Notes: a model not told the origin generated them from the letters alone. Numbered from the stretch's first letter, positions 9,283 to 17,758 are shown. The stretch: DNA of 64,000 nucleotides from Minisyncoccota bacterium (GCA_041661305.1 JBAZUR010000001.1:234101-298100), one strand, 5' to 3'. A program made the numbers and translations.

Positions 9283-9452
9283 TTGACACTATATATATAG
9301 AATGCTACAGTCTTTTAGGAAACGAGCTAATCGCTCTTTATCGAAATAACAGCTTTCCTGACCGCACCTCCCTTCCGCTCCATGGCTTGATGGGGCGACC
9401 GCGGTCAGCCCCCGCGCCTACCTCCCCCTTCCCTTTGGCGCGGGGTTTTTTT
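9283..9452 (+). ncRNA. Candidate small structured RNA with its own promoter-like element and intrinsic terminator. Its function is unknown.
   Basis: TTGACA at 9283-9288 followed about 17 nt later by a weak -10 (TACAGT). Then comes a roughly 130-nt noncoding GC-rich segment (about 65% GC in an AT-rich genome) with nested stems: CTGACCGC...GCGGTCAG, and CGCTCCAT-GGCTTG-ATGGGGCG. It ends in the hairpin CCCGCGCC..GGCGCGGGG plus a T7 run. There is no ORF. Confidence 0.4.
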
Positions 9453-9600
9453 ATTGTTTTGTCTAATGTAATCAGTAGCAACAAAACAATAATCCCGTAC
9501 CAAAAACATCTTTGTGGACCAAAAAAGAATAGCGGAACAAAAGGTTAAAAATAATCCTCTACCTAAATGTTCGTTTTTGGTATCGAGATATTTTTTCTTC

Positions 9601-10656
9601 CTATTCGTCTTCTCGGTCGGGTCCTTCCAATATTGGAATTTCGAGTCCTGGGCTCATTCCAGTAATACGTAAAACATCCTTGTCTACCTTCTTCAATTCC
9701 CTTCCAGAAGAATTGTAATGATTGGTCACTGTTTTCAATGAATTCCCAAGCTTGCTGTGATATTCTTCGTACCCTTTTAAATGCTTTCCAAGCTCCTCCA
9801 CCCTCCTTACAATATCTTTTGCGGTCTCTTCAATCTGCATTGCTTTAAGCCCCTGAAGGACTGTTTGTAAGTATGCGAGGAATGATGTTGGAGAAACAAT
9901 AATGACGTGATACTTCCCTGCCGCGCGTTGTATCAAATTCTCTTCGTTCTCTTTTATTGAACCAACCTTATTCACCAAAAGATCATAATAAATCGCTTCG
10001 TGTGGGATAAACATAAAAGCGAAGTCCATCGTTCCCTCGTTCGGGCGAATATATTTTGCCGTTTCAGAAATACGTAATTTCAAATCGTTTAAGAACAGCT
10101 TTGCTAGACGCTCACGCTCCGCTGGATTTTTTTCGTCAATAACACGATTATAATTTTCAAGAGAAAACTTCGAGTCAACAGGAATTATTTTATCTTTTAC
10201 AAAAACAACTGCGTCAACAATTTCTCCGTCTCCAAATGCGTACTGCATTTGATAATCATTAGGAGCCATTACGTTCTTGAGTAATGTTTCCAAATAGTAT
10301 TCCCCCAAAACACCTCTTTGTTTTGGATTCTTCAAAATATCCTGCAATCCTTGAAGCTGATCTGTGACGGAAATAACCTGCTTGTTCGTTTCATCAAGAC
10401 GAGTCAACTTCTCGGTAATATCGCGAATTAAACTCTGCGATTCCACAAATTGATGCCTAACAGCTTCCTGCATATCTTTATTAGACGCGCCAAGCTTGTC
10501 ATCCATCGTCTTCGCCAAAGTCGCGAGTTGGTTTTGAATAAGTAAAAGACTATCAGTTTCAACTGCTGGTTTCCCCTGTTTTGCTGTGATTATCCAAACA
10601 ACAAAAGCTCCGATAAAAACACCAATGACTACAAAAATAATAGTTCCAACTTCCAT
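9601..10656 (-). CDS. rmuC: DNA recombination protein RmuC
   Basis: 351 aa. N-terminal TM helix, long coiled coil, and a conserved C-terminal RmuC nuclease-like region (DFAFMFIPHEAIYYDL). Confidence 0.8.
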   Translation of the reverse strand: MEVGTIIFVVIGVFIGAFVVWIITAKQGKPAVETDSLLLIQNQLATLAKTMDDKLGASNKDMQEAVRHQFVESQSLIRDITEKLTRLDETNKQVISVTDQLQGLQDILKNPKQRGVLGEYYLETLLKNVMAPNDYQMQYAFGDGEIVDAVVFVKDKIIPVDSKFSLENYNRVIDEKNPAERERLAKLFLNDLKLRISETAKYIRPNEGTMDFAFMFIPHEAIYYDLLVNKVGSIKENEENLIQRAAGKYHVIIVSPTSFLAYLQTVLQGLKAMQIEETAKDIVRRVEELGKHLKGYEEYHSKLGNSLKTVTNHYNSSGRELKKVDKDVLRITGMSPGLEIPILEGPDREDE

Positions 10657-10666
10657 GAGAAATATT

Positions 10667-11452
10667 TTACCACAACGAAGCTGTTCCCCCTCCTTTTTTC
10701 TTTGGCATCACTTCGGAAACGGCTTCACGATACAAGCAATAATCACAATCTTCAGATTCTTTTGGTGGTTCATCAAGAAGTAAACATTTCTTCGCCCCAA
10801 TTAGAGCTTCCTCAATCCACTCATCCGAACCTTTGTAAGGAATGACTTTCACATTAAATTCAAGCTTGGCGTCAAAAGCTTCTTTATCTGAGATGCCGTT
10901 GCAGTAGACGAAATACCCCACGTTTGAAACAATATGATCATTTTGGCGTAGAAGCCACTGATACACCTCCATTTGTCGCTTATATCCATCTTGCCATTCA
11001 GCATCAAGAGACACTTCCCCTTCTTTACTTGTCGCTTTGTAGTCAACAACCATTATCTCGCCGGACGGCGCTTCCCAAATATCATCCACCGCACCAGTCA
11101 CGACGAAATTTGTTTTCTTGTGTAAATATCGCACCCCGACAAAGTTGTTTCGCCAATCCTCTAAATTATCGTGCTTGAAAGGGACAGCGTCGATTTTGTA
11201 ATTTGTCATCAAAGGATGAGCTATTCCTTTGGCGCGATAAATATCAAACTCTTTTTTAAGAAGCTTATCTACGGCAGAGTTTAGAGAAAAAGGAAAACCT
11301 GGTGGCCTCCCTACCCCGAGTCTTCGGTCTAAATAAAAGCATCTTGGACACTCTAAAAATAAATCAATTTTTGAACGCGAGAGCGCAAATGGTTCGGCGC
11401 TATCAGGACTAAATTTATTCTTGGTTCGGCGCGGATTGTAATATTGGGACAT
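10667..11452 (-). CDS. PD-(D/E)XK nuclease family protein (Cas4-like), second copy
   Basis: 261 aa. LECPRCFYL N-terminal Cys pair, VVDYKATSKEGE (D-x-K core), and C-terminal CDYCLYREAV Cys cluster. Confidence 0.65.
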   Translation of the reverse strand: MSQYYNPRRTKNKFSPDSAEPFALSRSKIDLFLECPRCFYLDRRLGVGRPPGFPFSLNSAVDKLLKKEFDIYRAKGIAHPLMTNYKIDAVPFKHDNLEDWRNNFVGVRYLHKKTNFVVTGAVDDIWEAPSGEIMVVDYKATSKEGEVSLDAEWQDGYKRQMEVYQWLLRQNDHIVSNVGYFVYCNGISDKEAFDAKLEFNVKVIPYKGSDEWIEEALIGAKKCLLLDEPPKESEDCDYCLYREAVSEVMPKKKGGGTASLW

Positions 11453-11504
11453 ATCTGTGGTTTTTAATTTCTACTATTGTATACTTAAATCCACTTATAC
11501 AAAA

Positions 11505-11963
11505 ATGACACTTTACGAACAACTCAAAGGAGAACTAATAACAGCAATGAAGGCGAAGGATGAGGTCGCGCTAAACACTGTCCGCGGAATACTTTCTGCT
11601 TGCACAAACGAACTCGTTGCAACAAAGCGTACCCCACACGACACTTTAACCGACGAAGAAATTACGGCTGTTATAAAACGCGCCGTTAAGCAACGAAAGG
11701 ACTCTGTCGAGCAATACATGAAAGGCAACCGCGCTGATCTTGCTCAAGTTGAAGTAGCAGAGATTTCTCTTCTTGAAAAATACCTCCCAGAAACAATGGG
11801 TCGTGATGATATTGCTCGTGTTGTTAAAGCAAAGATTGCTGACCTTGGCGGTATCGTCGACAAATCTAAAAAAGGAATGCTAATGGGAATGGTGATGAAC
11901 GAACTAAAAGGTGTTGCTGATGGAAACGATGTTAAGGATGTAATTGACGAGCTTCTAGTCTAG
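11505..11963 (+). CDS. GatB/YqeY domain-containing protein
   Basis: Starts at the internal ATG (MTLYEQLKGELITAMKAKDEVALNTVRGIL...), matching the YqeY family N-terminus. An upstream in-frame extension is unlikely. Confidence 0.75.
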   Translation: MTLYEQLKGELITAMKAKDEVALNTVRGILSACTNELVATKRTPHDTLTDEEITAVIKRAVKQRKDSVEQYMKGNRADLAQVEVAEISLLEKYLPETMGRDDIARVVKAKIADLGGIVDKSKKGMLMGMVMNELKGVADGNDVKDVIDELLV

Positions 11964-12078
11964 TTTTCTTTTTGTTTCTAGTGTTGCCTGCCCCGTACTA
12001 AGCTTTGCTCTAGTACGGGCTTGACATATCCCTCTTTTCTGGTATGATATCAGGAGGTTACTTCATGGAGGATTTGTC

Positions 12079-12342
12079 ATGGCGACCGAGCCGTTTCACC
12101 AGAAGCTTGCCGAGCAAATTTTTTCGAAAATGACTGCGGATCACGTAACGTCGTTTGACGAAAACGTCTTCTACAAAGACCTTTACCGTCTTTTGCAACG
12201 AAACAACGCATTCGACGGAAAGGGTTACCACGGGCGAAAAATCAAACCGCTCGTGATGAAGATGTACGAAGGATACAAGGTTCCTCTCAAAGCGCCGACT
12301 GAAGCGCCCGTGCAAGAGAGCCTCGACCTCTTCGCTACGTAA
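12079..12342 (+). CDS. Hypothetical protein (87 aa) in a GC-rich island
   Basis: GGAGGA Shine-Dalgarno 6 nt upstream of the ATG. The ORF is about 50% GC versus about 38% in flanking DNA. It is followed by terminator GCGCCCCATCATGGGGCGCTATTTTTTT. Confidence 0.5.
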   Translation: MATEPFHQKLAEQIFSKMTADHVTSFDENVFYKDLYRLLQRNNAFDGKGYHGRKIKPLVMKMYEGYKVPLKAPTEAPVQESLDLFAT

Positions 12343-12360
12343 TTCCGCTCGCGTAGCAAA

Positions 12361-12392
12361 CCGCGCCCCATCATGGGGCGCTATTTTTTTGC
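12361..12392 (+). terminator. Rho-independent terminator after the 12079 gene
   Basis: Sequence CCGCGCCCCATCATGGGGCGC followed by TATTTTTTT. Confidence 0.7.
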
Positions 12393-12414
12393 CTAATATA
12401 TTTAAGAACATAAT

Positions 12415-12464
12415 CAACACATACACTATAATCTTGCTATAGCAAGATTATAGTGTATGTGTTG
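12415..12464. repeat. Perfect 50-bp palindrome (23-bp arms, TATA centre)
   Basis: CAACACATACACTATAATCTTGC-TATA-GCAAGATTATAGTGTATGTGTTG has exact reverse-complement arms. Confidence 0.9.
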
Positions 12465-12539
12465 AACCAAGTTTTTTGCCTAAATATTAAAAACAAGGCC
12501 ACCCGATATGGGTGGCAAATTCAAAACGTTGTTCGTGAT

Positions 12540-12695
12540 CTATTTCCAGCTCTCAAAGGAGTCGGTTTCGACCATCATGGGTACTTGATCCGGCTCAACT
12601 TCGGTCAGAGCCAGCGTGTCTTCTTCGAGAAGGTCGGCGATGAACTCCTCAACTGCCTGGGCAAAATTACCCCAGAGATTCTTCAAAAACTTCAT
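12540..12695 (-). CDS. Small acidic hypothetical protein (51 aa)
   Basis: MKFLKNLWGNFAQAVEEFIADLLEEDTLALTEVEPDQVPMMVETDSFESWK. GGGGGAGG Shine-Dalgarno 6-8 nt upstream. A TTCCCA-17-TATTAT promoter-like element lies upstream. A downstream hairpin GCCACCCATATCGGGTGGC plus T-run follows on the minus strand. GC-rich. Confidence 0.4.
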   Translation of the reverse strand: MKFLKNLWGNFAQAVEEFIADLLEEDTLALTEVEPDQVPMMVETDSFESWK

Positions 12696-12825
12696 GGCTG
12701 TTTCCTCCCCCGATAAGTTGAACAAAACTACCTCATTTATAATACCACGAGAGTTGAGGGATGGGAAGAGTGGAAAAATGCGCATCAAACCCCAACACCC
12801 CAAAGCTCTATGATATAATTTTTTT

Positions 12826-13245
12826 ATGTTACAAGACGACATTTTAAGTATTAAGTGGGCAAAACGTGGAGTAGTTGGTTCCATCATGCTAACTCTCATT
12901 ATTACCGCCCTAGAGTTTCCCCCACCAATTGGGTTTGAAACAAGACCTCAAGATAACGTCTCTCTTCTTTGGTTAGCGTATTTTTTTATAATTTTAATTG
13001 CTGAAATATCTGCGATACCTCTAATTTACAAAAGACCAATGCTTGGTGCGTATCTTGCAATAACCTCAGCAGTTTTAAATATTCTTTTTGTAATCGCCGA
13101 CCAGCTTCATCTACTACAGCCGGAAGTAGCAACTCCGCTCTATTCAATAATCGAGGGTGTTGGCGCGATTGTTTCAATGGCTCTTATATATTTTGCGTGG
13201 AAAGTACTTCAATTCAATTCCGAAGTTAATAATTTAATCAAATAA
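12826..13245 (+). CDS. Hypothetical integral membrane protein (139 aa, about 4 TM)
   Basis: Hydrophobic segments throughout. No recognisable domain. Confidence 0.5.
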   Translation: MLQDDILSIKWAKRGVVGSIMLTLIITALEFPPPIGFETRPQDNVSLLWLAYFFIILIAEISAIPLIYKRPMLGAYLAITSAVLNILFVIADQLHLLQPEVATPLYSIIEGVGAIVSMALIYFAWKVLQFNSEVNNLIK

Positions 13246-13249
13246 TATT

Positions 13250-13618
13250 ATGGAAATTACAATATTTTTAGCAAAATTCTGGGGTAGTCTTTTTATGGTT
13301 CTTGGTGGATTATCTATTGGAGCAAAGTTTTTAGGAAGAGTCATTGAATATACCGAGGATAAATCTGTAACAATATCTACTGGGTATATTACTTTTTTAC
13401 TTGGCTTAGCTACTGTTGTTGCACATAGCGTCTGGGTTAATGATTGGAGGCTCGTCATTACTCTTTTGGGTTGGACTACCCTACTTAAAGGAGTTATGAA
13501 AATCGGATTTCCGGAACATATCAATAAAAAAGCTCAGATGTTTAGGGGCCAGTCAGCCCTCTGGGGTGCTGTTATATTTATTTTTGGAACTTGGCTGTTT
13601 TGGATGGGGGTTAATTAA
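13250..13618 (+). CDS. Hypothetical integral membrane protein (122 aa, about 4 TM)
   Basis: Tandem with the preceding membrane ORF. Hydrophobic throughout. Confidence 0.5.
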   Translation: MEITIFLAKFWGSLFMVLGGLSIGAKFLGRVIEYTEDKSVTISTGYITFLLGLATVVAHSVWVNDWRLVITLLGWTTLLKGVMKIGFPEHINKKAQMFRGQSALWGAVIFIFGTWLFWMGVN

Positions 13619-13699
13619 GAGAAGTGGTCACGCATAATTTTCTAAGGCTTTGCAAATTTTAATGGTCACAAGTCACTAAGTTTTTTGTAGCTAACCACT

Positions 13700-13850
13700 A
13701 CAGAGAACCGCGAGTACGCTTCGGTCACGGATAAATTTTTGCTAAAATTTTCCGCTACCCCGACTCGCGCCGTCACGCTCCGTCTTTCGATTCTCTGACG
13801 CGAGTAAAGTGATTTACTCGCTTAGGGTCGCAAAAATTGGGCTTTGCTAA
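13700..13850 (-). repeat. tRNA-Glu-proximal copy of the AGCA-loop repeat family, with an additional partial fragment at 13621-13665
   Basis: In minus orientation: CAGAGAATCGAAAGACGGAGCGTGACGGCGCGAGTCGGGGTAGCGG, then the hairpin AAAATTTT-AGCA-AAAATTT, then TATCCGTGACC...CGGTTCTCTG. The outer stem CAGAGAA/TTCTCTG resembles the tRNA-Glu T-stem. This copy is close to the one at 40760-40850. Confidence 0.6.
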
Positions 13851-13856
13851 TTTTTG

Positions 13857-13928
13857 CGACCCTACAGAGAATCGAACTCTGATTCCCGCCTTGAGAAGGC
13901 GGTGTCCTAACCGTTAGACGATAGGGCC
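13857..13928 (-). tRNA. tRNA-Glu (anticodon CUC)
   Basis: GGCCCUAUCGUCUAACGGUUAGGACACCGCCUUCUCAAGGCGGGAAUCAGAGUUCGAUUCUCUGUAGGGUCG folds as a cloverleaf with a 7-bp acceptor, D-arm, anticodon loop UUCUCAA and T-loop UUCGAUU. It resembles E. coli tRNA-Glu. CCA is not encoded. Confidence 0.8.
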
Positions 13929-14034
13929 TCTTTAAAACAAAATACCAAAAAATCATAGCAATTTAAGAGGAAATTTACAATTCAAAAATGATGAAGCCCG
14001 CATTCCTGCGGGCTTTGGTCTGAGGTGAGTTGGC

Positions 14035-14232
14035 CTAGCGGGGAAAGATGATTTCCCAGATATCCCTGTAGGTTGTGGCAATCTTTTCGTTGATCCCCAG
14101 CAGATCGCCATAAATACAGGCAATTGCTATGACCACGATGATCGCGACAATGACCAGCGTTATTTCACCACTCCTGACATCCTGAAAGCGCTTGACGGCT
14201 TCCTCTCCAGGATACAAGTCATTTCCTCCCAT
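14035..14232 (-). CDS. Small single-TM hypothetical protein (65 aa)
   Basis: AAGGAGGAA Shine-Dalgarno 4 nt before the internal ATG (MGGNDLYPGEEAVKRF...). Hydrophobic core LVIVAIIVVIAIACIYG. Followed on the minus strand by terminator AAAGCCCGCAGGAATGCGGGCTT plus T-run. Confidence 0.4.
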   Translation of the reverse strand: MGGNDLYPGEEAVKRFQDVRSGEITLVIVAIIVVIAIACIYGDLLGINEKIATTYRDIWEIIFPR

Positions 14233-14357
14233 GATTCCTCCTTCGATGTCGTTATATCCACCACCTAGGCCCATCCCAAGTAGCTATGTACCATTTGCTT
14301 CCGCTACTCTACGACATTAAATACATGATTGTCAACGCTTTCAAATGAGGGCTACTT

Positions 14358-15668
14358 TTAACGGAAGCTCCACTCCTCCTCCTGTCTCACAAGAAGTTCT
14401 TTTCTTTTCTCAGGCTCCGCCATCACTTCAAGCACCGCTTTTTCCATTCGCACTCCTTGTGAACCTTTAACGAGCGCTATATCCCCTGCTTTAATTTTTT
14501 GTTCCAAAAATTTACCCGCTTCCACTGAATTCTCAAATTGAAAAATCTTTTTCTCAGAGAGCCCCGCAATGAGAGCTCCTTCGGCGATATGTCTTGCACG
14601 AATACCGACAGTAATGACCATGTTGCAAATTTTACCCGCAATTTCACCCATTCGACGATGTTCATCACTAGCGTGTTTACCAAGCTCAAGCATTTCCCCG
14701 AGCACTGCAATTTTTCGTCCGTCGCACTTCATTTTTGAAAGCGTGTCGAGAGCAGACTCCATTGCGACCGGAGAAGCGTTATATGTGTCATCGATGATAA
14801 TACTTTCCTTCACCCCTTTAATTAATTTCATTCGTCCTGGCGCCATTTCATACGTATGAAGCGCTTCTGCTGCGCGAACCATATTGAGTTCACACACATC
14901 AGCGACGGCAAGTGCGGCGAGTGCTGCATAGATATGATTCATTCCAAATCCGCCAGCCAAGTGCACGGGGATACTTGCTCGTTTTGAGTCGACACGGAAA
15001 GTTATGCCCAAGGGATATTTATCGCCATCATCTTTTTGGTATTCAATATTTTCATACGAAGCAACGAGTGTGGCATCTTTGTTAAATCCATAGCTTTCAG
15101 TTCGAGCTTTTGTTTTTTCCTTGAGAGACATTACGTCTTCATCATCTCCGTTTAAAATAAGAGTCCCGCCTGGCGATACTTCTTGAGCAAGCTCTCCTTT
15201 TTCTGCCTTTATTGCTTCTGGCGACTCAAAAAACTCCACATGAGCCGGAACTTTGCTTAAGCGCGTGATGATAGCGATATCTGGCTTAATCCATGATGCT
15301 GTTTTTTTAATATCACCTGGTCTATCGGCGCCAACCTCAAGAACAAGCCACTCAGGGTATGGCTTCCTTTGAATCAAAAGAGAAAGTCCATCAAGAAAAT
15401 TTTTTAGCCACATAAGTGGGTTGTTCCACGCATTAGGGCAACCAATAACAGTGAGTGGTACTCCGATTTCGCTATTAAAACTTTTCTCACTTTTTCGTGT
15501 TGTATAAAAATGCGACAACACGGCATAAATAGCATCCTTCGCAGAAGTTTTGCCGACAGTGCCTGTAATAGCCACAACTTTCGGTTTGTATTTCTTTAAA
15601 ATAAGTCGCGCTTCTAATGTAAGAATCGCGACTATTATTTTTTTTAGGATTGTTTTTAGAAACTGCAT
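14358..15668 (-). CDS. murF: UDP-N-acetylmuramoyl-tripeptide--D-alanyl-D-alanine ligase
   Basis: 436 aa. Mur ligase P-loop AITGTVGKTS. Last gene of the dcw cluster. Confidence 0.85.
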   Translation of the reverse strand: MQFLKTILKKIIVAILTLEARLILKKYKPKVVAITGTVGKTSAKDAIYAVLSHFYTTRKSEKSFNSEIGVPLTVIGCPNAWNNPLMWLKNFLDGLSLLIQRKPYPEWLVLEVGADRPGDIKKTASWIKPDIAIITRLSKVPAHVEFFESPEAIKAEKGELAQEVSPGGTLILNGDDEDVMSLKEKTKARTESYGFNKDATLVASYENIEYQKDDGDKYPLGITFRVDSKRASIPVHLAGGFGMNHIYAALAALAVADVCELNMVRAAEALHTYEMAPGRMKLIKGVKESIIIDDTYNASPVAMESALDTLSKMKCDGRKIAVLGEMLELGKHASDEHRRMGEIAGKICNMVITVGIRARHIAEGALIAGLSEKKIFQFENSVEAGKFLEQKIKAGDIALVKGSQGVRMEKAVLEVMAEPEKRKELLVRQEEEWSFR

Positions 15669-15683
15669 AAAGTATGTATTTTC

Positions 15684-17405
15684 CTACCTATCGGGAGGAA
15701 CTTCATAATAACTCAGTAAAAACTTGGTAATATCTATAAATGGGTAGGTTAAGGTATGTGATGCGTACTTCTCCCCTTTCGGAAATTTCGTATAAATAAA
15801 TATCAAAAACTTTGGGTTATACGCCGGGAAATATCCAAAAAACGAATGTAGATACCTATCCTCATAGTAACCTTTGCCGTTCGGGAGTGCAATTTGTGCC
15901 GTACCTGTTTTTGCAGCGATACTATAATGTTGCATTTTTACAGCCCCACCCAAGAGAGCTTTGTCGACAACCTCAACCAGCATTCTAGTTATTTCTTCTG
16001 ATGTCTCTTTTTTAAGAACTTGAGCTCCTTTTGGAGTTTCAATCACCTTGTTTAATCCTCCTTTGTAATCAATTTCGGAAACTAAATGCGGAGTAATAAT
16101 AAAACCCCCATTTCCCAAAACTGCGAGAGCTCGCACCATGCTAATTGGGGTCAGAGCAATTCCTTGCCCATACGAAGCATTCACAAACTCAATATCACGA
16201 TTGGTATTTAGGTTTGAAATAAGATTTCTTCCTTCGTTTGGTAAATCGATTCCCGTTCTCTCTGCTAAGCCAAAAGCTAAGAAATATTTTTTGAAATCTT
16301 CTTTTCCAACCTTTTGCATTGCATAGGCCGCGCCAGTATTGAGTGATTCATCAAGCACATTTTGCATCGTGGTAACACCTCGTCCGCGCTTGTCATAATT
16401 GTAAATCGTGTAGCCATTGAACGTGAGAGAGCCTGTGTCGTTGTATGTTGTTTTGGCTGTGACAACGCCCTTATCAAGAGCTACCGCCATCGTAAGAGGC
16501 TTTACTATCGAACCCATTTCGTAGACGTTTTCCACTAAAGGGTTAGAAAATATTCCCGCATTTTCCACGTCTTGGAATTTATTTAAATCAAAACTAGGGG
16601 TTATAACAATTGCATAGATACTGCCGTCATTTGGATTGATAACAATCGCCCCTGTTTCTTCTGAATCATACTTTTTGTTAATTTCCTTAGCAACTTTTTC
16701 TACATAGCTTTGTACAGAAGGGTCCATTGTTAAAACCAAATCACCTTCTTTGTCTAAAACATCGCTAGACAAATTACTCCTCAAGCTTGAAAAAACTTCT
16801 GCAAAAAAATTAACATAAAGACCATTTTTACCCCGTTCAAGAATGCCGTCATATTGTCGTTCAAGCCCATAGCGACCACCAATAACATCCCCTTTGTAAG
16901 CGGTAAAACCGATTGTCTGAGCTGCCATTTCTCCAGCTGGGTAAAACCTCCACTTTTCTTTATAAGCAGAAACTCCGGGGGCTTTTAGCGCTGTTATTGC
17001 GTCGACACTTTCTCTTGAAACCCTATGTGCTATTTCCTCATACGGGTCTTTTTCTTTTGTCGCCTTTTTAATAAAAGTATCGTGCTCTAGCTCTGGTATA
17101 TATTTTTTTAAATTCAAATATAACTCCTCTGCATTTGTTATTTTTTGAGGATTAACTGCAACGATATACCCAGATTTTAGTCCAGCAGCAGAAATTAATT
17201 TTCCATCAATCTCCTTAAAAAAAATCGAGCCACGATCAAAAATCGAGCCACGTGGTGTTGCATATTGGCGGTCTGCTATCTCGCTATAATAAGAACCGTT
17301 AACAACCTGAACAAAGAAAAGCCTGAGGATGATGAATCCCACGGCAAAGACTAAAAGGGATGAAATTAACCTAATTCTACTAGTGTGATTAATATGATGA
17401 GCCAT
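15684..17405 (-). CDS. ftsI: Peptidoglycan D,D-transpeptidase FtsI (PBP3)
   Basis: 573 aa. N-terminal TM, SIVKP (SxxK), SxN and KTGTA motifs. dcw cluster context. Confidence 0.85.
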   Translation of the reverse strand: MAHHINHTSRIRLISSLLVFAVGFIILRLFFVQVVNGSYYSEIADRQYATPRGSIFDRGSIFFKEIDGKLISAAGLKSGYIVAVNPQKITNAEELYLNLKKYIPELEHDTFIKKATKEKDPYEEIAHRVSRESVDAITALKAPGVSAYKEKWRFYPAGEMAAQTIGFTAYKGDVIGGRYGLERQYDGILERGKNGLYVNFFAEVFSSLRSNLSSDVLDKEGDLVLTMDPSVQSYVEKVAKEINKKYDSEETGAIVINPNDGSIYAIVITPSFDLNKFQDVENAGIFSNPLVENVYEMGSIVKPLTMAVALDKGVVTAKTTYNDTGSLTFNGYTIYNYDKRGRGVTTMQNVLDESLNTGAAYAMQKVGKEDFKKYFLAFGLAERTGIDLPNEGRNLISNLNTNRDIEFVNASYGQGIALTPISMVRALAVLGNGGFIITPHLVSEIDYKGGLNKVIETPKGAQVLKKETSEEITRMLVEVVDKALLGGAVKMQHYSIAAKTGTAQIALPNGKGYYEDRYLHSFFGYFPAYNPKFLIFIYTKFPKGEKYASHTLTYPFIDITKFLLSYYEVPPDR

Positions 17406-17742
17406 CTCTCAATGTTAGACCCTTTGCAACAGTGTTTTCTGAGACGAAAACAGCATTATTTGCTTCTTGGTAGCCCAAGGAGCGTGCTAAATCAAGAGAA
17501 ATAGAGTTGCCTGATGCAAGGTATTCAAGCTCAATCTCACTTAAAGATGATTTAACTATTCTAAGTTCGTTTTCCACATTTGCTCTTCCTGCAACATTAA
17601 AAATTGTACTAGCAACTAAGTAGAAATAAAATGCCATCGTAATACCCAAGACACCGAGAGCTATGTGCATTGTTGCGCCTGAAACCTCGCCCCAAGCTAT
17701 TACCGAACTTCTTGTATTTAATTTTGAAATATTTTTTTTCAT
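17389..17742 (-). CDS. ftsL: Cell division protein FtsL-like
   Basis: 117 aa single-TM protein with a coiled-coil, positioned between rsmH and ftsI as in canonical dcw clusters. Confidence 0.55.
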   Translation of the reverse strand: MKKNISKLNTRSSVIAWGEVSGATMHIALGVLGITMAFYFYLVASTIFNVAGRANVENELRIVKSSLSEIELEYLASGNSISLDLARSLGYQEANNAVFVSENTVAKGLTLRDGSSY

Positions 17743-17758
17743 AAAGAACTTTTTGAAC

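Noticed and set aside
9236-9289. Longer L21 ORF starting at GTG 9289 (MSTTVILRFYSFYVKYSV...)
   Set aside because: The extension is non-conserved. The ATG at 9235 gives the canonical L21 N-terminus and has a promoter-like element immediately upstream.
9340-9452. Candidate sRNA tested as SRP (4.5S) RNA and as a hammerhead ribozyme
   Set aside because: The GGAA tetraloop/AGCAG arrangement of SRP helix 8 is not present on either strand. There is no CUGANGA...GAAA hammerhead core. It is kept only as an unclassified structured RNA candidate.
12453-12716. 87-aa plus-strand ORF spanning the palindrome and the acidic-protein gene
   Set aside because: It starts inside the 50-bp palindrome and overlaps, antisense, a better-supported minus ORF that has an RBS, promoter and terminator.
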